From: Candidatus Latescibacterota bacterium
GTDB lineage: Bacteria > Latescibacterota > UBA2968 > UBA8231
Direction of reading: 5' to 3'
DNA: 64,000 nucleotides
Assembly: GCA_965248355.1 (NCBI GenBank)
Contig: OZ252098.1
Location: forward strand, 1,632,001 to 1,696,000
The position numbers were made by a program, and so were the translations under genes. A model generated the notes under the pieces. The model was not told where the DNA came from. It saw only the letters and a program-made list of their open reading frames with translations, and made no database searches. This document shows positions 1 through 8,570 of this stretch, in pieces; the first letter of the stretch is position 1; each line of letters begins with the position of its first letter.

Positions 1-7
1 GCCGCCG

Positions 8-1156
8 GTGAGCGTCCTCAACCACATCGTCGATCCGAGCTTCGAGTGGGACCCCGCCCCGGCCGTGCCCGCGGCGGTCTATGCCCAGGTGGGCGCCGGG
101 CGGGGGGCCACCGCCTTCGTCGACGGCCGCCGGGCCCATCACGGCCGGCGCTCCCTGCGCCTGGTCTCGCCCGGAGACGGCGAGGGGGTCCGCATCCGGC
201 CCTATGCGCCCTCCGTCGCCCCCGGGAGGACCTACCGGCTCTCGGTCTGGGCCATGGCGCGCAGCGGCTCGGCGCCGGTCCTGCGCCTGCATTCCCACGC
301 CGGCGGCGACTCGGCCGACTTCGTGCTGAGCGACCGCTGGACCCGGTATCATCTCGACGCCTCCAGCGGCGGGGCGACTCGCGCCGGCCTCGCCCTCGGC
401 CTGGCCACGGCGGGCACGGCCTGGCTCGACCTGGTGGAGTATCACGACATCTCGCCCCGGATCCTCACCAGCGCCACACCCACCGGCCACTGGATCTCGG
501 TGGAGTCGGTGGTGCCCGATGGTCGGATCCACCTGCGCCTCGACGGGCGCGAGGCGACGGCGCGGGACCCGGTCTACAGCCATCCGCTGACCACGCATGG
601 CTCGAGCCAGGTGCGCACAGCCCTCGTCCGCGACGGCGTGGTCCAGGCCCGGGCCGGGCTCGACCTGCATCATCACGCCGCCCTGGGCCGCTTCGTCGAC
701 CTCGCCCACCCCCACTCGCCGCGCTACCCCGCCGGCGGCTTCGAAGCGCTGACCGACGGCATCCTGGGCTCCGACCACTTCGAGGACGGCCGCTGGCAGG
801 GCTTCGAGGGCGTGGACCTGCACGCCGTCGTCGACCTCGGAGAGCCGGTGGAGATCGAGTCCGTGGCCTGCCGCTTCCTGCAGAGCACGGCCGCCTGGAT
901 CTGGCTTCCCCGGGTGATGGAGGTCAACCTCTCCGACGACGGACGCACCTTCCGCCCCTTCGCCACCGCCGATCACGAGGTCGGCGAGCGCGCCCCGGGC
1001 GGCCGCGTCGAGGAGCTGACCGCCGCGGCCCCGGCGGACCGGGCCCGCTTCGTGCGGGTCCGCGCCCGGACCGTGGGCCGGTGTCCGTCGTGGCACCCCG
1101 GCGCCGGCGCCCCGGCCTGGCTCTTCGCCGACGAGATCCGCGTGAACCCGGAGTAG
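8..1156 (+). CDS. Carbohydrate-binding protein (CBM4/9-like, chitobiase/FN3-associated and F5/8 type C discoidin domains); probably 5'-truncated by the window edge
   Basis: DPSFE...PGRTYRLSVWA...WLDLV (CBM4/9-like); LTDGILG..F.DGRWQGF, VVDLGEP, WIWLP, ARFVRV, WLFADEIRV (discoidin tail typical of glycoside hydrolases). The frame is open to the window start. Confidence 0.65.
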   Translation: MSVLNHIVDPSFEWDPAPAVPAAVYAQVGAGRGATAFVDGRRAHHGRRSLRLVSPGDGEGVRIRPYAPSVAPGRTYRLSVWAMARSGSAPVLRLHSHAGGDSADFVLSDRWTRYHLDASSGGATRAGLALGLATAGTAWLDLVEYHDISPRILTSATPTGHWISVESVVPDGRIHLRLDGREATARDPVYSHPLTTHGSSQVRTALVRDGVVQARAGLDLHHHAALGRFVDLAHPHSPRYPAGGFEALTDGILGSDHFEDGRWQGFEGVDLHAVVDLGEPVEIESVACRFLQSTAAWIWLPRVMEVNLSDDGRTFRPFATADHEVGERAPGGRVEELTAAAPADRARFVRVRARTVGRCPSWHPGAGAPAWLFADEIRVNPE

Positions 1157-1157
1157 G

Positions 1158-2591
1158 ATGGCCGTGGACGACATCGATCCGGCCTGGCTCGACGCCACGG
1201 CGCAGGCGGCCCTGGTGCGGCGCGGCGAGCTGACGCCCCTGGAGCTGGTGGACGCCGCCATCGCCCGCGTCGAACGCCTGAACCCGTCCCTCAACGCCGT
1301 GGTCACCCCCCTCTTCGACAGCGCCCGGGAGGCCGCCCGGGGCCGGCTGCCGGACGGCCCGCTGAGAGGCGTGCCCTACCTGCTGAAGGACCTGGGGGCG
1401 GCCCTGGCCGGGGTCCGGCGCACCTCGGGGGCCGCCGTGCTGAAGGACTTCGCCCCCGACTTCGACGACGTCCTCGTCGAGCGGCTGCGCGCCGCCGGGC
1501 TGATCTTCATCGGCCGCACGAACACCCCCGAGCTGGGCGCCTCGGCGACGACCGAGCCCAGCCTCTTCGGGCCGACCCGCAACCCCTGGGACCCGAAGCG
1601 CTCCCCGGGCGGCTCCAGCGGCGGCTCGGCGGCGGCCGTGGCCTCGGGGATGGTGGCGGCCGCCCACGGCAACGACGGCGGCGGCTCGATCCGCATCCCC
1701 GCCTCCTGCTGCGGCCTCTTCGGACTCAAGCCGACACGGGCCCGCTCGACCGCGGCCCCCGGCGCCGGGGAGCGCTGGCTGTCCGTCGATCACGCCCTGA
1801 CGCGGTCGGTGCGCGACAGCGCCGTGCTGCTCGACGCCATCGCCGGAGGGGTGCCGGGGGACCCCTGCTGGGCGCCGCCGCCGCGGCGGCCCTACGCCGA
1901 GGAGGTGGGGGCCGATCCCGGAAGCCTGCGCATCGCCTGGACGGCGGCGGCGCCCCGGGGATCGGCCGTGCACCCCGACTGCGTGCGGGCCGTGCAGGAG
2001 ACGGCGGCCCTGTGCCGGGAGCTGGGGCACCAGGTCGCGGAGGGCTCGCCGGAGTTCGAGTCCGCCCCTTTCGAGGAGGCCTTCCTCTCCATGTTCGCCG
2101 CCGGCGTGGCCGCCTCCCTGGACGGCATCGACCGCCACTTCGGGGTCGCCCCGTCGCCGGAGAAGTACGACCCGGCCACGTGGCGGCTCTACGAGCGCGG
2201 GGCGGACCTGAGCGCCTCCCGCTACCTGCAGGCCGTGGAGCTCACCCAGAGGGTGGGCCGGCGCCTGGCCGCCTTCTTCACCGGCACCGACATCTGGCTC
2301 ACGCCGACGCTGGGGCGGCCCCCCGAGCCGCTGGGGAGCCTGGAGCCGTCGCTGGAGAGCGATCCCGCCGAAGCCCTGGAGTACGCCCTCTCCTGGGTCG
2401 CCTTCACGCCGATCTGCAACTGCACCGGCGTGCCGGCGGCCTCCGTCCCCCTCCACTGGAACGAGGAGGGCCTGCCCATCGGCGTGCAGCTCGTCGCCCC
2501 GTACGGAGGCGAGGACGTCCTCTTCCGGCTGGCCTCGCAGCTGGAGGCCGCGCGCCCCTGGTTCGGCCGCCGGCCGCCCGTCAGCGCCTGA
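1158..2591 (+). CDS. Amidase signature family protein
   Basis: GVPYLLKD (Lys), [14 protein letters not shown] and [13 protein letters not shown] (Ser-cisSer-Lys triad). Confidence 0.95.
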   Translation: MAVDDIDPAWLDATAQAALVRRGELTPLELVDAAIARVERLNPSLNAVVTPLFDSAREAARGRLPDGPLRGVPYLLKDLGAALAGVRRTSGAAVLKDFAPDFDDVLVERLRAAGLIFIGRTNTPELGASATTEPSLFGPTRNPWDPKRSPGGSSGGSAAAVASGMVAAAHGNDGGGSIRIPASCCGLFGLKPTRARSTAAPGAGERWLSVDHALTRSVRDSAVLLDAIAGGVPGDPCWAPPPRRPYAEEVGADPGSLRIAWTAAAPRGSAVHPDCVRAVQETAALCRELGHQVAEGSPEFESAPFEEAFLSMFAAGVAASLDGIDRHFGVAPSPEKYDPATWRLYERGADLSASRYLQAVELTQRVGRRLAAFFTGTDIWLTPTLGRPPEPLGSLEPSLESDPAEALEYALSWVAFTPICNCTGVPAASVPLHWNEEGLPIGVQLVAPYGGEDVLFRLASQLEAARPWFGRRPPVSA

Positions 2592-2618
2592 CCGGCCCCC
2601 CGGCCTATCTTTGAGAAC

Positions 2619-3614
2619 ATGCCTCGATTCCTGATCAAGTCCGACTTCTACCGGCCCGACTTCGACTCCCAGATCCGGCGCGACGCCCTGGCGCAGCTGT
2701 CCCGCTACGGCGAGGTGGAGCCCTACGACGGCGAGCTCGGCGCCGAGCGCGGAGGCGGCGATGTGGCCGCCGTCATCGCCAGCTCCCTGTGGATCCACCC
2801 CGAGTTCTACGACGCCAGCCCCGGGCTGCGCCTCGTGGCCCGCTACGGGGTCGGCTTCGAGAAGGTCCACATCGACCTGTGCACCCGCCGCGGCATCCTG
2901 GTGACCTGCGCCCCCGAGCACATGCAGACGGTGGCCGAGTACACCATCGCCCAGTGGCTGGCCACCCTCAAGCGACTCTATACCCTCAACCGCAACGCCC
3001 ACGGCGGCGACCCGGGCCTCATGGTCACCTACGAGGCCGCCGGCACCACCCTCGGCCTCTACGGGTTCGGCCGCATCGGCCAGGCCGTGGCCGAGCGCGC
3101 CCGGCCGCTGCTCGGTCCGGAGGGGACGCTGCTGGTCTACGACGTGCGTGACGACATCGCCGACCTGGCCGCCCGCCACGGCGCCGAGGCCGTCGGCGAT
3201 CCCCTGGAGCTGTTCCGGCGCAGCGACGCCGTCTCCCTGCACCTGGCCGGAGACCGGCCCGTGGTCACCTGGGAGGAACTGCGCCGGATGCAGCCCCACG
3301 CCGCGCTCCTCAACCCGTCGCGGGGCAACCTCGTGGTCGACGCCGACGTGAAGCGCGCCCTCGACGGCGGCCACCTGTTCTACTACGTCATCGACGATCC
3401 CGTGCGCGACGGCCGCGAGATCCACCGCGATCACCCGAGGGTCATCGCCACCAACCACAACGCCGGCATCACCGCCCAGTCGACGGCCCGCCTCGACCGC
3501 CGCACCGTGAATCAGGTGATCGACGTCCTCGAGGGCCGGGTGCCGCCCCACCTCCTCAACCCCGAGGCGTTGAGCCACCCCCGCCAAGGGGACCTGGCGG
3601 CGACCGACCCGTGA
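2619..3614 (+). CDS. D-isomer-specific 2-hydroxyacid dehydrogenase family protein
   Basis: ARYGVGFEKV, TVAEY, GLYGFGRIG Rossmann motif, LNPSRG, TNHNAG. Confidence 0.88.
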   Translation: MPRFLIKSDFYRPDFDSQIRRDALAQLSRYGEVEPYDGELGAERGGGDVAAVIASSLWIHPEFYDASPGLRLVARYGVGFEKVHIDLCTRRGILVTCAPEHMQTVAEYTIAQWLATLKRLYTLNRNAHGGDPGLMVTYEAAGTTLGLYGFGRIGQAVAERARPLLGPEGTLLVYDVRDDIADLAARHGAEAVGDPLELFRRSDAVSLHLAGDRPVVTWEELRRMQPHAALLNPSRGNLVVDADVKRALDGGHLFYYVIDDPVRDGREIHRDHPRVIATNHNAGITAQSTARLDRRTVNQVIDVLEGRVPPHLLNPEALSHPRQGDLAATDP

Positions 3615-4087
3615 TCGGCGCCGGGCCCGTCCAGTCCTACCTGCACGAGCACGTGCCGCTGACGCGGCAGATGCAGGTGCGCGTCACAGGTTGCGGACCC
3701 GAAGGGGTGCGTCTCGCCGCGCCCCTGTCGCCGAACGTCAACCACGTGGGCACGGTCTTCGCCGGCAGCGCCTCGGCCCTGGCCATGCTCGCCGGCTGGA
3801 CCCTGATCCACGCCCGACTCGCCGAGTTGCCCTTCGAGACCACCCTCGTCATCCGCCGCGGGCGGATCGACTACGACCGGCCCATCGACGGCGACTTCGA
3901 GGCCTGGTGCCCGTCGCCGGTCAAGGCCGAGTGGGAGCGCTTCGGCGCCGATCTGCGCGCCGGCCGGGGGCGGCTCGAGCTGGCCGTGGAGGTGCGGCGG
4001 GAAGGGCGCAGGATGGCTTCTTTCAACGGTGTGTACGTGGCCTCGAGAAACGGGGTCCCGGCGCCGCCGGGCCCAAGGGAGGAATGA
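3611..4087 (+). CDS. YiiD C-terminal-like hotdog/thioesterase domain protein
   Basis: YLHEHVPLT..M, APLSPNVNHVGTVFAGS, IDYDRPI; GTGA overlap with the previous gene. Confidence 0.85.
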   Translation: MIGAGPVQSYLHEHVPLTRQMQVRVTGCGPEGVRLAAPLSPNVNHVGTVFAGSASALAMLAGWTLIHARLAELPFETTLVIRRGRIDYDRPIDGDFEAWCPSPVKAEWERFGADLRAGRGRLELAVEVRREGRRMASFNGVYVASRNGVPAPPGPREE

Positions 4088-4959
4088 CCGCGATGTCCGG
4101 ACTGACCCCGCAGCAGCTCGACTTCTACCGCGGGCAGGGCTACCTGCTTGTGGAGGACGCCTTCGACCCGTCCCTCTTCAGCCTCCTTCAGGCGGAGGTG
4201 GACGAGGCGACCGGCGCCTTCGCCCGCGCCGCCCTCGCCGACGGACGCATCTCCGAGCCGCACGAGGAGGAGCCCTTCGAGCGCCGCCTCCACCGGCTGG
4301 CCCTGCAGCTCGACGACCCCGGGCCCCTGGAGGCCCTGGCCCGCGGCAAGATGCGCTCGCCGGGGATGTTCCGGATCTACACCTGCGAGGCCCTCCTCGA
4401 CATGGTCGAGTCCGTCATCGGCCCCGAGATCCTGGCCCATCCGCAGTTCAACATCCGCGCCAAGCGGCCCGGCCAGGACGAGGCGGTCGTGCCCTGGCAC
4501 CAGGACCTGGGGTACCTGGAGCGCGAGGCCGAGGAGACGTTCATGGTCAACTTCTGGATCCCCCTCGTCGACGCCACCCTGGAGAACGGCTGCCTGGAGG
4601 TCATCGCCGGCAGCCACCGCTCCGAACTGATCGAGCACCACCGGGGCATGGGGCCGGCGGGCAACTTCAAGGGCGTCGCCGACGAGGAGCTGCCCCCGGG
4701 CGAGCACGTGCCGTGCCCGGTGCGCACCGGCGGCGTGCTGCTGATCCAGCACACGACCATGCACCGCTCGCAGCCCAACCTCTCCGATCACATCCGCTGG
4801 AGCCTGGACCTGCGCTACTCGCACCCCGATCTGCCCACGGGGCGGGAGAAGGTCCCCGGATTCATCGCCCGCAGCCGGCGGGACCCGGCCTCGGTCTGCC
4901 GGTCCGCGGAGGAATGGGTGCGCATCGTCGAGTCCGCGGGCGCGGCGGAGCGCCACTGA
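4084..4959 (+). CDS. Phytanoyl-CoA dioxygenase family (Fe/2OG) protein
   Basis: LTPQQLDFYRGQGYL, PWHQD, WIPLVDATLENGCL, HRS.PN.S..IR; ATGA overlap and GGAGG RBS. Confidence 0.92.
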   Translation: MTAMSGLTPQQLDFYRGQGYLLVEDAFDPSLFSLLQAEVDEATGAFARAALADGRISEPHEEEPFERRLHRLALQLDDPGPLEALARGKMRSPGMFRIYTCEALLDMVESVIGPEILAHPQFNIRAKRPGQDEAVVPWHQDLGYLEREAEETFMVNFWIPLVDATLENGCLEVIAGSHRSELIEHHRGMGPAGNFKGVADEELPPGEHVPCPVRTGGVLLIQHTTMHRSQPNLSDHIRWSLDLRYSHPDLPTGREKVPGFIARSRRDPASVCRSAEEWVRIVESAGAAERH

Positions 4960-4967
4960 GACGGGCG

Positions 4968-5687
4968 GTGGGCTCCCCGCCGGGGACCGCTCCGGCGGCG
5001 CCGGAAACGGCCCTGGTGCCGGAGGGCCGGTTCCGCATGGGCAGCGACCGGGGCCGCGCCAACGAGGCGCCCGCCCACGAGGTCTGGATCGACGCCTTCG
5101 CCCTGGCCCTGCGGCCCGTGACCCGCGCCGAGTACCAGATCTTCCTCGACTCCACCGGCCACCCGCCGCCGCGCACTTGGGGTGACGGGCGCTTCGCCGA
5201 TCCACGGCAGCCGGCGGTGGCCGTGAGCTGGTTCGAGGCCGTCGCCTACTGTGAGTGGCTCTCCGCAGGGCTGGGCGCCTCTTTCCGCCTCCCGACGGAG
5301 GCCGAACGGGAGAAGGCGGCCCGGGGCGGGACGGAGGGCCTGGAGTACCCCTGGGGCGACGGCCCTCCCGACTGGATGGACCCCCGTTACCGCGGCGACG
5401 AGGTGGAGCGGCCGGACCGCGTCGGTGAGGACCCGCCCAACTGCTATGGCCTGCACAACATGGGCGACCTCGTCCACGAGTGGTGTTCCGACTGGTACGA
5501 CGCGGGATACTACGCCGTCTCGCCGGAGCGCAACCCGCCCGGACCGGCCAGCGGACTGAGACGCGCCTCCCGGGGCGGCTCCTGGCGGCACGCCGTCAAG
5601 GTGACGCGCTGCGCCCACCGCTCGGCGATCCTGCCCGACCGGCAGCTGACCGACTACGGATTCCGCGTGGCCCTTGGGGTGGATTAG
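4968..5687 (+). CDS. Formylglycine-generating enzyme (SUMF1/FGE-sulfatase) family protein lacking the catalytic Cys pair
   Basis: GRFRMGS, PAVAVSWFEAVAYC, RLPTEAE.EKAARGG, YPWG, NCYGLHNMG...EW, RGGSW, GFRV. Confidence 0.9.
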   Translation: MGSPPGTAPAAPETALVPEGRFRMGSDRGRANEAPAHEVWIDAFALALRPVTRAEYQIFLDSTGHPPPRTWGDGRFADPRQPAVAVSWFEAVAYCEWLSAGLGASFRLPTEAEREKAARGGTEGLEYPWGDGPPDWMDPRYRGDEVERPDRVGEDPPNCYGLHNMGDLVHEWCSDWYDAGYYAVSPERNPPGPASGLRRASRGGSWRHAVKVTRCAHRSAILPDRQLTDYGFRVALGVD

Positions 5688-5856
5688 CGCCGACGCCCTG
5701 CGGAGCGGAGCAGCCGCACGTTTCGCAAGGGATGCAACCCCACCAGGTGTGGATGGCACCCCGCGCAACTCACCGGCTGCGGATTCCGCATCGCCCTGGG
5801 GGGCGCCTGACCCTGCCCAGCGGAGCCGCCGCGCCCAGGAGCCGAGGCGCCGCTCG

Positions 5857-6275
5857 GGACCGAGGGTCATCCAGTTCCCGGAGGACCGGTCCTTCGGCGA
5901 GATCGTCGTGCGCGACTGGGGGAGCCCGGTCCACGGCGGCTACCGCAGCGACTGGGAAGACCTCGGGTTCCGCATGGCACAACTCGGTCACGTGGACCGA
6001 CGACGACTGCCGTCACCTGTCACGCCTGCGGGGTCTCGTCTGGGTGAGCCTCGTAGGTGTCTCGATCAGGGACGAGGGGCTGCGCTGGCTCGGCGGATTG
6101 CGGGAACTCCGGCATCTCGACCTGCACAGGATCCCCGCGTTGACCGCCGAGGGCATCGCCCATCTCTCGGGACTGACGGAGATCGAGAGCTTCTTCTGCA
6201 CCTCGCGCCGAGGGGGTCACCGAGGAGGGTGTGAAGGCGCTGGAGGCGGCCCTGCCCAGGATGGGCGGATCGTAG
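5857..6275 (+). pseudogene. Frameshifted remnant of a leucine-rich-repeat protein
   Basis: Pieces in three frames: RVIQFPEDRSFGEIVVRDW; DDDCRHLSRLRGLVWVSL...IRDEGLRWLGGLRELRHLDL...TAEGIAHLSGL; VTEEGVKALEAALP* (typical LRR cap). Confidence 0.65.
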
Positions 6276-6303
6276 CGCTCCCCTCGGGACCGCTGGCCGC
6301 GCC

Positions 6304-6440
6304 TCAGCGGCCCTCCTTGCGCAGGATGTCGGCGGCGATGGCGCAGGTCGTGCCGTGCATGGCGATGACCACGACGCCGAGGCCCTCGGCGAGATAGCCG
6401 CCGGGGTAGAGGCCGGGGATCTCCACGGACTCACGGACCT
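6304..6440 (-). pseudogene. Orphan C-terminal gene fragment, possibly from an FAD-dependent oxidoreductase
   Basis: Reads ...EIPGLYPGGYLAEGLGVVVIAMHGTTCAIAADILRKEGR* with host-like codons and no start. Confidence 0.3.
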
Positions 6441-6512
6441 GCTGTACTCAAAGACTGGGCGACGGGTTCGAAACCTCCCACGTCTGTCTGGTCAGTGAAC
6501 CTGCATCCGGGT

Positions 6513-7394
6513 TCATCTGTCGCGGGGAGCCTGTTGCACGCCTCCCTTGATCTGACCCCAGAACGCCGGAGAGAATGACGTGGCTACCCGGGGCGTCATC
6601 CATGCATCCCCGAAAGAGTCAGCGCTCTCGCGAAGTCGCCCCGTAAGTCCGTTTGACGTGTGAACCCTCAGTACCTCGTATGGATCCACTTCCACAAAGA
6701 GAACGCTGAGCCCGATGACGGCGCCCTCGACGATCCTTGACGGAGAGCTTGACTCCAGACCGGCCGGATCGATGGAATCAAACACAGTCATATACAGTTC
6801 GAGCGTCGAGTGCACCTGATCGTCATCCTCTACAAAGGAACCCGGCCCGTCGATGAACTGCGGATCATCCAGCCACATCCGCTCGGGGCTCTCGTACTTG
6901 ATCTCCAACGCGCCTCCCCGGCCTTGAATGGCCGAACAGCGCTGTGCCCCACCGATCTCCATATGATCCTCCCCGGAATGATCGGCATCGACCATCAACT
7001 CCACCTGTCCGTCGAAATACCCATCCACGGGCTCATCCACATGCTTGTCGTCCCATCTCTCCACAGCCAGATACACACGACTTCTCTCGGGATCAACAGC
7101 GATCCAGATCTCGATATCGACTGAGCCCCCCCAGTCACCAGCATAGTGCCCTGCTGTCGGATCGATAAACAGATCAGTGTTTCGAAGTGTGGGCTCCCCC
7201 AGCACTTCCCGCCAATCCGTCAGTGACCCATCCGTCACATCGAGGACCGCGGCCTCCTGCGAGCGCAAGAGCGGTACACTCAAGAGGTATTCTCCAGTCA
7301 CGGGAATGTGGGAGAACGCTTCCTGCTGGGTAAACAACGCAGAGAAGACCAACGCTGTCCTTGCAGAGCAAAGTCGCCGCAATGTCTCCACCAT
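6513..7394 (-). CDS. Secreted CBM9/DOMON-like sugar-binding domain protein with a C-terminal WGQIK motif
   Basis: Signal-peptide-like N-terminus; DGSLTDW, RVYLAVERWDD, ELMVDADHSG, IGLSVLF; tail SFSPAFWGQIK; visibly lower GC than flanks. Confidence 0.65.
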   Translation of the reverse strand: MVETLRRLCSARTALVFSALFTQQEAFSHIPVTGEYLLSVPLLRSQEAAVLDVTDGSLTDWREVLGEPTLRNTDLFIDPTAGHYAGDWGGSVDIEIWIAVDPERSRVYLAVERWDDKHVDEPVDGYFDGQVELMVDADHSGEDHMEIGGAQRCSAIQGRGGALEIKYESPERMWLDDPQFIDGPGSFVEDDDQVHSTLELYMTVFDSIDPAGLESSSPSRIVEGAVIGLSVLFVEVDPYEVLRVHTSNGLTGRLRESADSFGDAWMTPRVATSFSPAFWGQIKGGVQQAPRDR

Positions 7395-7479
7395 CGGTGC
7401 CTCCGGAGCCCTGGCCTGGACTATGGAGCCTCATCTCACAAGCGATACCTTCTGAATCACTCGCTCGGTCCCGGCGATC

Positions 7480-7790
7480 AGTCGGAATCGAGTATGTGAG
7501 GCTCGTTGCGGGATTGAACGGATTCGGGTAGGCAACCCCCAGCTCAATGTGAGTTGGCAAGAACTCTTCAGAACCCGCGGAGGCGACGGGCTTTGGCCGC
7601 CGAGTCTCCACCCTCTTCTGAGGCAACACTCTTGCTGTCGCTCCCGCCGTCTCCATACAGCTCTTCCAGTGCATCTCGATCGTCTGTGTCAATGCTGCGC
7701 TGCCCCAGACTCTCAGCGTGGACATCGTGCCCTCTGTAGGACCCACAGTTACAGTTCCCGCAAGTATGCGCCTGCAGCATCGACGGGTCG
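7480..7790 (-). pseudogene. Remnant of a secreted protein (possible M10/matrixin-like peptidase end plus truncated FlgD-Ig/T9SS-like domain)
   Basis: RSIDTDDRDALEELYG in one frame, then after an extra A near 7593: AKPVA...LPTHIELGVAYPNPFNPATSLTYSIP, which breaks off. Confidence 0.55.
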
Positions 7791-7792
7791 AG

Positions 7793-8044
7793 CTACTGCC
7801 CGTTCTTGTCGGGGTGGCGCACGGCGCAGGCCAGGCAGGCCGCGGCCGCGGCGTCGAAGGCGTTGCCGCCCTCGCTGAAGATCCGCTCGCCGGCCTCGGC
7901 GACGAGCTCGGACTCGGCCGCCACGACACCGCGGGACCCGACCATGGAGTGGGGGGTCCTGGTGCGCGGCGGCTCCGGCTTGGCCGCGGAATCCCCCCGG
8001 TCACCTGGCGAGCCCTGGATCTGTTCCCGGCTCTCGTGCTCCAC
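7793..8044 (-). pseudogene. ggt: Truncated gamma-glutamyltransferase (N-terminal fragment only)
   Basis: GSRGVVAAESELVAEAGERIFSEGGNAFDAAAAACLACAVRHPDKNG followed by a premature stop; GGAGGAG RBS before the GTG at 8044. Confidence 0.75.
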
Positions 8045-8267
8045 CTTGGTCTCCTCCCTGTCCGCCCGCGCAGGTCCCGCGCAATGTCTCCGGGCTCCCG
8101 GCCGAACGACGATTCTCTGAAGAACAGGATCTGGCGCACTCCGGACCAGCCCAGGAGCGACGGACCGGGGACCCCCAAGGAAAGGCCCCGCAACATCGGG
8201 CGGCGGATGCGGGCCCTCCCCGCCGAGATCCGATCGCACGGGACCCGTTTCCTGCCGTTGCCCTTCG

Positions 8268-8432
8268 TGTCGCAAAATTGCGACAGGTGTCTCATATTGC
8301 TACACATGGCCCCTCGCTGCCTCTCTGGGTTTTATAACCCGTTTATAAACAGTGGGTTGAACAGTTTCCCCCCTTCAGGCCACCGCGGGGGCAGGCGCGG
8401 GGGCAGGCGCAGGAGTGTTTCAAAATGCGACA
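8268..8432. promoter_or_regulatory. Three TGT...ACA palindromes, putative upstream activator sites for a sigma-54 enhancer-binding protein
   Basis: TGTCGCAAAATTGCGACA (8268-8285), TGTCTCATATTGCTACA (8288-8304), TGTTTCAAAATGCGACA (8416-8432). Confidence 0.65.
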
Positions 8433-8512
8433 CTCGACCCCCTTCCCCCGGGGCTTTCTCCCAATGCTTCAACTCGTTTATCTGCAATCAGTTAGCTCCC
8501 TTTCTTCGAAGA

Positions 8513-8528
8513 TGGCACAGTCTTTGCG
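8513..8528 (+). promoter_or_regulatory. Sigma-54 (-24/-12) promoter
   Basis: TGGCACAGTCTTTGCG matches TGGCAC-N5-TTGC directly upstream of the giant CDS. Confidence 0.8.
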
Positions 8529-8570
8529 CAGCCGCTCGAAATGTCCGGCCTCCGGCTTCCTACACGAGCG

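Noticed and set aside
5560..5810. Diversity-generating retroelement template/variable repeat pair at the FGE gene
   Set aside because: Similarity covers only about 45 nt, mismatches are not restricted to adenines, and no reverse transcriptase is present
6440..6480. tRNA fragment (GGTTCGAAACC) or IS terminal remnant at a junction
   Set aside because: No cloverleaf, acceptor stem or partner inverted repeat was found; too short to support
7588..7998. GDSAAK(P) occurring in both the ggt stub and the FlgD remnant as a recombination repeat
   Set aside because: Nucleotide identity is short and imperfect and does not coincide with the junction near 7790; probably chance
8383..8410. Short tandem repeat CGCGGGGGCAGG x2 in the promoter region
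   Set aside because: Only two copies of a GC-rich 12-mer; insufficient evidence for function
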